From assembly GCA_937625935.1 (NCBI GenBank), contig OW569344.1:372001-436000 (forward strand): DNA of 64,000 nt, written 5' to 3'. Position numbers and translations under genes: made by a program. The stretch is from Tetramitus jugosus (Eukaryota; Protista; Heterolobosea). The notes under the pieces are model-generated. The model did not search any database, had not been told where the DNA came from, and was given only the letters and a program-made list of their open reading frames with translations. Below are positions 55,791 through 64,000 of the stretch, one piece after another; the first letter of the stretch is position 1, and each line of letters starts with the position of its first letter.

Positions 55791-57472
55791 ATGTACAACC
55801 TTTTGAAAAAGAGGGACAACAACCGAGAGGATGAAGAAGAGGATATGGATATCACTGGTGGAGACATGACTTCTCCCTCCAAAACCCCCACTACCACAAC
55901 CACTCCATTTTCACCAACATCCAAAGGAGCACTCACCATCACAACACCCTCAGTCGTCAATACGGGTGGTGGTGCTTCTCTGTTGACTGCTGAATTGCGT
56001 CAACAACAACAATCATCATCAACTACATCAACAACCACAGCAACAACAACAACAACAACAGCACAACAACAACAACCATCATCTCACTCTTCCATCGCCT
56101 CCTCATCAGCATTCGCCTCTCGACCAAGATCACTCTCTTCCTCACCCATTATATCAGCTATTCCTACAGGCACCAACTTTTCTCAAGTACCAACCACAGC
56201 AGTCTCTGCTCTGTCCTCCTCACTCAAAGACAGAGGTTCTCCCTTGTACAGAAACAGTTATGAAGCAAAAGTACAAGTCATACCCACCTCTTCACCTTTT
56301 TCTCCGAAACCACACAACAAGAATTTACCGCCATTGCACACGATTGATATCAAACAGGAGTTGTTGGATCCGATTATTCAATTTTATGAGAGTAGGACGA
56401 ATTATGATTGCATGCCAAACAGTTGTAAGGTAATGGTGTTTGATATTGATTTGCCTGTGAGAGAAGCTTTTTATGTGGCTGCTTCCAATGGTATGTATTT
56501 TTGGTGATATTCTTATTTGCTGTTTTATGTTGTTGTTGTTGGTTATTTGTTGGTTGTTGTTGATGTGTATTGACTGACTCTCTCTTCATCTCTCTAGACA
56601 TTTCATTTGCTACACTATGGGACAGTAAGACAAGCAGTCTTGTGGGAATGTTGACCGTGACTGATTTGATTGATATTCTATTGCACTATCATGGTGAAAC
56701 CAACGTGATTCAGGATCTGATTGCCCAAAAAGAGATTCGCTATTGGAGACAGTTGCAGAAGCGTAACAGACCTGCACAACTCGTGCACGTAACACCAGAA
56801 GACTCACTATTAACAGCGATATATGCATTGCAAAAGCACAAGATTCATCGTTTGCCGGTTGTTTCACCTCGTGGTTCACTCTTGCAAATTATCACACATT
56901 CTCATTTGTTGGCATTTTTAGTGCAGAATATGAACTTTGACTCCCCAATATTCAAGTATTCGATTGAAGCACTGGGCATTGGTACGTATGATACCTTGAT
57001 TACTGCATCGCCAAGCATCGCGCTATTTGATGCATTGAAAATGTTTGCCAAGTTTAAAGTGTCTGCTATTCCAGTTGTAGATGGTCAAGGCGTTGTTGTG
57101 GATGTGTTTTCACGTTACGATATTGTTTATCTTGTGAGAGACGGCGATTACAAATTGGAGTACTCTTTGGAAGAAGCTTTGAAGAGACGTCCAAAGATCC
57201 CAGTGTTCACATGTACGAAGAATGAATCATTTGAGAAGGTTCTGCGCCATTTGTCCAGCACACGTATCCATCGTTTGATTTGTGTAGATGATGATGGAAG
57301 AGCTGTTGGTATTGTCTCCATTTCTGACATTTTCTCCTTCCTGCTGTTCAACGATGAGAGGACATTGCCAGAAATTAAAGAAAAGATCCAAAGAGGTCCA
57401 CAGGTGAATCATGCCTACATGAGCAACTTGTTCATGGATGCTCAGCACCCTCTCGATCGACCAGGTCTCTAA
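55791..57472 (+). CDS. PRKAG: AMPK/SNF1 gamma subunit (4 CBS) with a long Ser/Thr-rich N-extension
   Basis: YDCMPNSCKVMVFDIDLPVREAF, LWDS..VGMLTVTDLI, KIHRLPV, VSAIPVVD, IHRLICVD and GIVSISDI. Intron 56491-56597. Confidence 0.92.
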
Positions 57473-57515
57473 GAACTCAACCCAATAAATATTTTTCAAG
57501 TATACAACCAACCAC

Positions 57516-57573
57516 TTGGCGGGCAAATTTCTTGTCGTTATCGATTCAAAGAAAAACACCAATTTTTTGGCGG
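57516..57573. promoter_or_regulatory. Two E2F-like elements upstream of the Mis18-like gene
   Basis: TTGGCGGGCAAA at 57516-57527 and TTTTTTGGCGG at 57563-57573. Confidence 0.45.
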
Positions 57574-57650
57574 TTTTTAGTTTTTGTGTCACAGAGAAAA
57601 ACAAGATAAGAACTCAACAAAGAAACCTGCAACAACACACTGATCACAGA

Positions 57651-59021
57651 ATGAATTATTCTCCCAATTCTGCAAATACACAGCAGCAGCAATCACGTCG
57701 TTCCTCATCGGGCAACAACAATACACCGATCACCAAACATCGAGTTTCTCACTCGACATCTTCCACATCACCTCCCTATCATCAAACGACTCCTTCACCT
57801 TCCTCCACGACCACACCAACCAATGTACAATCGAATCAGACGCATCACTTTCATCAACTCAATCATAATCAACCCTATCGATCATCACCACCATATGGCC
57901 GTCACACTATTGCTCACAACTCAACGACATCTGGTGGTGGTGGTGATGAGAATGATATGATGTTCAACGAACATCAACAATCACAACAACAACAACAATT
58001 CGGTTCTTCTACAATGATGACATCAACACCGACATCATCAGTAGCACCAGCAATTGGACAATCACCTCATTATCAACATCAGACCAATCTTCAAACAATG
58101 ACAATGGATCACGAAGACACAGTAGAAGAAGTACAAGAACAGCAACAGCAACCATCTTCATCATCATCAGTGCTGATCGAAGACAATGCACTACCATCAT
58201 CACCCTCTGCTGACATTCATAACAGTACCATGTTTGGATCCACTCAAATGGATCCCTGTGTATTCCTGTGCTATAACTGCGGAACCATTATCAGTGACTC
58301 AGTGAGTTGTGTGGCAGGCAGTGAAGAGATGCTCGGATTCAACGGTGTTTGCAATATTATACAGGGTCAGGGACCTGTTGTGTCCAGTGACCGTTTCGAC
58401 GAAGGATGCACATACTTTCCAGTCAACTGTATTCATTGCAAGTCATATCTAGGTAAGAAGTACAAGACAACGACAGAGTCAATGGACGATTACAGAGATT
58501 TGTACGCATTCTTGAGGAGTGAACTTCCACAGCACGTGTTGGGCAAGTGTGTTCCCGATGCATCGACATCGGATGGAGAGACCGTTGCAGTGACATCGAC
58601 AAAGGACACTGTTGATCTCCTCATGGTCCATGTTGTGAAGCACAATGAGAGATTGACTAATTTGGAGAACAATGTCGTCACTGTGGATACGGTGAGAAGG
58701 ATGCTTGAACCCTTGATGAAGCAGATTCGTTCTCATGAGTACATGATACGTATTATGAAAGCAGAGAGGGAGATGAAGAAGGAAAGTGTGAAAGCATCGT
58801 CTCTTCATCCAACGAGCGGCGGTGCTTCTTCGTCCATCTTGACCAACGAACCACCTCACTCTCAACGGTCATCCACCGGAACTTCTAGCTCTATTCGCAA
58901 ACCTACCACAAATGCTTCTGCAGGAAAGCGTATCAGGACCAGTGGTGAACATGAATCGCGACCTGGTGAGCGGTCAGGTGTGATCCAGTCCCAACCATCA
59001 GCCAAAAGAACCAGAAAGTAA
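57651..59021 (+). CDS. MIS18: Mis18-like (Yippee-fold Zn finger + coiled coil)
   Basis: VFLCYNCGTIISDS...GCTYFPVNCIHCKSYLGKKYKTT...DDYRDLYAF, followed by an amphipathic helix. Confidence 0.75.
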   Translation: MNYSPNSANTQQQQSRRSSSGNNNTPITKHRVSHSTSSTSPPYHQTTPSPSSTTTPTNVQSNQTHHFHQLNHNQPYRSSPPYGRHTIAHNSTTSGGGGDENDMMFNEHQQSQQQQQFGSSTMMTSTPTSSVAPAIGQSPHYQHQTNLQTMTMDHEDTVEEVQEQQQQPSSSSSVLIEDNALPSSPSADIHNSTMFGSTQMDPCVFLCYNCGTIISDSVSCVAGSEEMLGFNGVCNIIQGQGPVVSSDRFDEGCTYFPVNCIHCKSYLGKKYKTTTESMDDYRDLYAFLRSELPQHVLGKCVPDASTSDGETVAVTSTKDTVDLLMVHVVKHNERLTNLENNVVTVDTVRRMLEPLMKQIRSHEYMIRIMKAEREMKKESVKASSLHPTSGGASSSILTNEPPHSQRSSTGTSSSIRKPTTNASAGKRIRTSGEHESRPGERSGVIQSQPSAKRTRK

Positions 59022-59125
59022 AACTTTATGTGTGCATGAATTTTTTTTTGAAACAAAAAATCATACCAAAACTGATTGTGTTCGTTGTTGTGATCTCTCA
59101 TCAATAAAACAAAACAGCGAATGAA

Positions 59126-62100
59126 ATGACTGGTATCAACAACAGCAACCAAATGATGATGACCACAAATAATCGCACTCTGTTCATCATGAGCAACGAA
59201 GCCATGACAGATGGTCGTCTAGTCGCTGAGGAAGCACCATTAGGTACGTTATATAACTACACATACATACTTGTCTTGACACACACAAGGTGCATTGCCT
59301 CACACAAAATTTTCTTCTTTGATATCTCCTCTCTATAGAGATGAAAAATTGTTCAACAGCGATACCGATTCAAACACCGGTGAGAACCACTTTGATTGAA
59401 AGTGTGTTTGATTATTGTAGAATTGCATATGATGTGTTGCCTCAGGAAGCTCAACTCAGTATTGCACTGGGCTTGAATGACAGCACATTGACAACAGCAG
59501 CAATGCCACAACAATCCAATCGTGCTCAGCAGACACTACAATTTTTGAATAGTTGGGATTGGAGTCAACAATCATTCCTCTATGTATGTCATTCGTATCA
59601 CACAACAACAGCACACTACTATTGTTGTTGTTTTAACGATTGTTTCATTCTTGTTAACAACTTTGATTTTTCTGTAATGTTGCTGCTGCATGACGATGAT
59701 CATGTGGTATGTAGATGACTGAACAAATGGGAAAGCAAACCATTGCGAACAACGTGACAAGGGATCCTTATTCGGCAGCAGCTACTGCTCAAAATGATAT
59801 TCATGCAGTGATGAACAGTGCACTAAAGCATTTGTTTGCAGATGTAAAGAAGGCAAATGATGGACACTATAGACTCATGTACATGAATGAGATGATTTAT
59901 TCGAATCAATTGGAACATTGCGAGTATGTATCATTTCGTATTGTTTTTATTTTTATATTAGCATATATATATTTGCTGTTTTGTCATGAAAATGTTCTCA
60001 TGACTCACTCGAGTTGTGCGCTTTTTGCTGATGTGTATTAGACGTGAAGTCATTCAAAAGATATTCGAGTCATTTAAGACAATATCAAAGAGCATGCAAC
60101 GAAAGAATTGTAAATTGGATGTAATTGTACCAGTGGTCACATCATCAAGTGACACCACTTCAACAACACTGTTTTACACTGATCCAGAGAGACCCTACGT
60201 GTGCCGATCATTCGATTTTAGACAGAAAAAATTTTCTGATTCACTGCCACTAGACACGATAAAAGTGTGGTACATTGACTATGATCACTTGTGGAATGTC
60301 ATGTTGAGAGATATGCTACAGCGCTATTATGCACTTGTAATTGCAAATGTACAAGGAATTCCAATGAAAGACACTGGATCAAAAGCCAACTATGATGTAC
60401 AATTGGCATGTCGAGGTGTATCGATTGAAATATCGCAAGACTTAAGTATTACCGACTCTTTTTTGAATTTGAAGTGGCTCCGTGCAGAACCGAAGAAGAA
60501 TGTAGAATATTTTTATATGACAAAGTCAGTGCATAGAGTGACGCCTCTATATCCATACACGACCCCGACTCTATGTTTGATGAAGCATTTAGCGAGTGGA
60601 AAACCAGTGACACTGAATATGGCCAGCACTTACAACGAAACATTTAACATCGAAGTTACTCACTTGATGCTGCAGCATGGTAGTGATGTTTATTTGCACG
60701 TGTTGCATCCGAGTAAAATGTTTTTGCCATGGCTGACTCTGCCGAGAACAATCGATGAAGATAGAGAGAAACTCTATCGTGTAGCCGAATTTGAAGAGTT
60801 GATAAAGCTCCAAATGCTTCGAAGCAATGTTCCAACTATTCACGCCATGCTCACTAACAGTCAACAGAAACCTAACGGCAAAAACGAAGTAGGAAGCAAC
60901 AGCTTCGATCTAGCTTTAGCGACAACAACTGATGACATTCGGTCCAAAGTGTATTCCTTGATGAAGCATAATGGATTCATCTATGAAGTACCTGCACCAA
61001 TTGAGCGATTTACTCGCTTCTTCCCGCTATGTGTCGACGAGGAATCAATGGTGTTTTGCAATGGAAATCAAATTAGTCATCCCACTCTGTATGAACAAAT
61101 CATTCATCCACTTTGGGAGTTTGCTGTCAAGAAGGCCCCAGAACAACTCAGTGAAAATGATTTGAGAGAGGTTCAAACAATTATTGCAAAGCTATTTCAG
61201 GCCGCACAAAAGAATGATACTTCACTCATGCCTGAAATTCAGGATCACACTCGAAGATATCAATCATATAGAAAATTGTGGAGCGAAATTAGAATGTTTA
61301 TGATTACTCTCTCACAAAATGACCATATACTGGCACTAATGGATAAAAAGTGGCCCCAATTCTTCTTCGATAAAACATCAATCGATACCAACAAGAATCA
61401 AGACCAACCCAGAAGAAACAAGAGAATGGTTGAAGTCCAGAGAGATCGATACGGTAATGTGATTTTCCCTATTCCCTTGGGTGCGCTTACGATACACAGT
61501 CTTGGTAAGGTTGTGTATGATAGACCCAACTATCATACAGATAAATATCTCTGGCCGGTTGGATACAAGTCGACAAGGTATTATACAAGTGTGAAGGATA
61601 CCAATAATCGATGTCTGTATACATGTGAAATCCATGATGGAGGCGAGAACCCTGTGTTCGTACTCACATCTGATGATAATCCTGATCAACCAATTCGAGC
61701 TAGCAGCGCCACAGCTGCCTGGACAGTGATTGTCAAAAAGGTGAATGAGATTAAAACCGAAGAAGCAGGTAAGAGAGTGTTCACGAATGTTAGTGGACCT
61801 GAATATTATGGATTGGCGCATCCAACAGTCATGAAATTGATATCAGAGCTACCAAATGCAGAGAAATGTGTGAGACCCAATGCACCACATCAACCTGCTT
61901 CAAAACAATCCGTCTCCGTGTCCAAAGATCAGGAATCTGAGGATGAATCAATGGATGACGTTGCTCCTGTTGTTCCTAGTAGTATTGTCTCTCCGACAGA
62001 GTTTGTTGCACCCGCAACTCCATCCGTTTCGCCAAATGCTTCTCCAGTCAACGCTGTCCAAGCTATTATCGCACGAAGGCAGCAAAGAGACAAGAGAGTG

Positions 62101-62619
62101 CTTCAGGATTCAGAAGTTGTTAAATCCAAGCTATGTAGCACCAGTTGGAAGAAGCACAGTAGTTTGCTCAAATTTAACCGTCAGAAACAAGGACTGCTGG
62201 ATGCCGAACTTCCTACGTTGGATGGAAGAAAAGAAGGACCACCAGGTCTATATGTATATATGAGACAACTATTACAGTTGCAACAGCAACAACAAGCCCC
62301 AACCCAACCATCATCAGCGTACACACCTCACCCACAGGTCCCAACACAGGTCCAACATCCAACAGTTACCCAGCAAATACCCGCACAACATCAAGCTCCT
62401 CATCTTCCCTATTCTCAACAGCTGCCTCAGCAAACTAATGCACCAACAACTCATGACCATCAAATGTTCCAACCAACTCAAGCTGACAATTTGAACTCGG
62501 ACAAGTTGAAAAAGAACAAGAGCAACAAGAAGAAGCGAAACTCCAGAAACAAAAAGCGACCCATAGGTGGTCCTCCAACAACAATGCAGCCTCCAACCAA
62601 AATTGCGAAATCTGAATAA
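59126..62619 (+). CDS. INTS13: Integrator subunit 13 (Asunder) with an inserted FYRN-FYRC module
   Basis: INTS13-like DYCRIAYDVLP, LNSWD, ANYDVQL, HRVTP...CLMKHLASGKPVTL, THLMLQHGSDVYLHVL, YRVAEFEELIK, IERFTRFFP and YRKLWSEI; FYR module LTIHSLGKV...PVGYKSTRYY...SGPEYYGL. Introns 59244-59338, 59584-59714 and 59924-60041. Confidence 0.85.
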
Positions 62620-62633
62620 ATATGAACAATAAT

Positions 62634-64000
62634 TTATTGGTAGAAAGTCTTGAGGAGCACGTTTCTTTCGTCGTCGTAAGATAAATAGTTTGCCTCGAGT
62701 AGCTTTTCATCCGCCAAGAATGCATCTATCGAGTGGATATCATAAGATCTTACTCTATCCGTAATAAGTTGAACGTCGATAGTCAAGGTTGTGTCGTCAG
62801 AGTCCTCTATCTCCTTGTCCACCAGTTCTGTCACAATCTGATTCACCAAATGCAGAATTACTTGATTGTTATCCTTGGGCGACTTGAGATAGTTCTGATA
62901 CTTCTTGCGCAATGTACGAGCCACAGCATATTTTTGTGTGGAGATGTAACTATCAAGCATGAGCCTAATAGCTGTTGATACATCGTCATCATTTACTCTG
63001 TCTCTGAGATGCAATCTAGCATTGGCTTCAGCCATACGGATCAAACTTTCCAGATGACGAACACTAATCATGACACCACCACCCATCCTCGAGTCACGTC
63101 TCAAATCAACATAAAAGTTCTTCAATCTGTTCTTGTCCAAACCATCCAATCGAACAACTATGTCCTTTGCACGCGCGATATACTTTTTCAGAAAGTCTTG
63201 TGGAATAGGTAACTCATTATCCTCGTACCAATTCTCTTTCTCTTCCACAATTAGTCGTTCTTCGACCTCTAGTCTCTGTTCTTCTATCTGCTTTTTCCGT
63301 CTTGAAATAGGATGACTGTTTGAGTGACTGTCCACCACGAAGCGAGCTAGTCTTTCATCAATTGCAGGATCTACTGTGTCTTTCACTACACTCAACACAT
63401 CGAATCTAGATAAAATAGGATCAGTTAAATCTACGTTTTCCTTAAATGTCCGTGAAGTATCATATCTACCACGAACAGGATTGGCAGCTGCAACCACAGA
63501 ACATCTAGCCTGAAGCGTAGTGACGATACCCGCTTTAGAAATACTGATTGTTTGTTGTTCCATGGCTTCATGAATACTTGTTCGATCTTGGTCATTCATC
63601 TTGTCAAACTCATCAATAAGACAAACACCACGATCAGCAAGAACAAGAGCTCCTCCTTCCAATGTCCATTCATTTGTCACAGGATCCTTTCTAACACTAG
63701 CTGTCAAACCTACGGCTGTTGAACCTTTACCTGTAGTATACACCGCTCTTCTCGCTGTCTTCTCAATGTACTTTAGAAATTGCGACTTCGCTGTACCTGG
63801 ATCACCAACCAAAAGAATGTTAATGTCACCTCTGACACTGTGCTTATCGTCAATTGTTTTTGGCAATGTTCCTATCATTGCCAAAGCAATAGCTAATTTG
63901 ATTTCCTCGTGACCAAAGATTGAAGGAGCAATCGAATTCACAATCTTGTGTTGTAAATTTTTGCACTTCTTTAACTTGTCCATGTACTTCTTTTCAGTTT
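62634..64000 (-). CDS. MCM2: DNA replication licensing factor MCM2 (5' part outside the window)
   Basis: GDPGTAKSQFLKY, AVGLTASVRKDPVTNEWTLEGGALVLAD, IDEFDKMNDQDRTSIHEAMEQQ and ILSRFD. Confidence 0.95.
   Translation of the reverse strand, partial: TEKKYMDKLKKCKNLQHKIVNSIAPSIFGHEEIKLAIALAMIGTLPKTIDDKHSVRGDINILLVGDPGTAKSQFLKYIEKTARRAVYTTGKGSTAVGLTASVRKDPVTNEWTLEGGALVLADRGVCLIDEFDKMNDQDRTSIHEAMEQQTISISKAGIVTTLQARCSVVAAANPVRGRYDTSRTFKENVDLTDPILSRFDVLSVVKDTVDPAIDERLARFVVDSHSNSHPISRRKKQIEEQRLEVEERLIVEEKENWYEDNELPIPQDFLKKYIARAKDIVVRLDGLDKNRLKNFYVDLRRDSRMGGGVMISVRHLESLIRMAEANARLHLRDRVNDDDVSTAIRLMLDSYISTQKYAVARTLRKKYQNYLKSPKDNNQVILHLVNQIVTELVDKEIEDSDDTTLTIDVQLITDRVRSYDIHSIDAFLADEKLLEANYLSYDDERNVLLKTFYQ

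Noticed and set aside
1-64000. CRISPR arrays, rRNA, tRNA, transposases, telomeric repeats, alternative genetic code
   Set aside because: None recognised by eye; the repeats are short microsatellites and all three stop codons end conserved genes. tRNAscan-SE and Infernal were not run.

Overview
Gene-dense eukaryotic nuclear DNA in the standard genetic code, with short GT-AG introns (57-188 nt), very short intergenic spacers and many N/Q/S/T/H homopolymer tracts. About 34 protein-coding genes are visible. I found no rRNA, tRNA, CRISPR array or transposon by eye. The gene content (IFT56 and a ciliary inner-protein-like gene, RGS and F-box/GTPase fusions, low intron density) suggests a flagellated free-living protist, possibly heterolobosean; this taxonomy is inference. 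Recognisable housekeeping genes: RPC1, NF-YC, a cytochrome b5-fused desaturase, FAM32A, RAD23, ATG16L, a MAPK, IFT56, mevalonate kinase, FANCL, calreticulin, DUS3L, PRCC, RNase Z, a UGT, AMPK gamma, Mis18 and MCM2 (partial). The most striking items are unusual domain combinations. (1) An MJ1316/DUF504 RNA-end-recognition domain fused to a giant-virus-type (C962R-like) AEP primase domain at 42460-43764, a candidate new RNA-end repair or tagging enzyme. (2) INTS13 with an inserted FYRN-FYRC module. (3) An RGS-DEP-FSP1/AIFM2-type oxidoreductase. (4) A Mid1/NALF-like channel auxiliary subunit. (5) An F-box fused to a degenerate Rab-like GTPase. Also noted: a recurring E2F-like promoter motif and two candidate structured ncRNAs. 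All family calls come from motif recognition by eye; no database searches were run.
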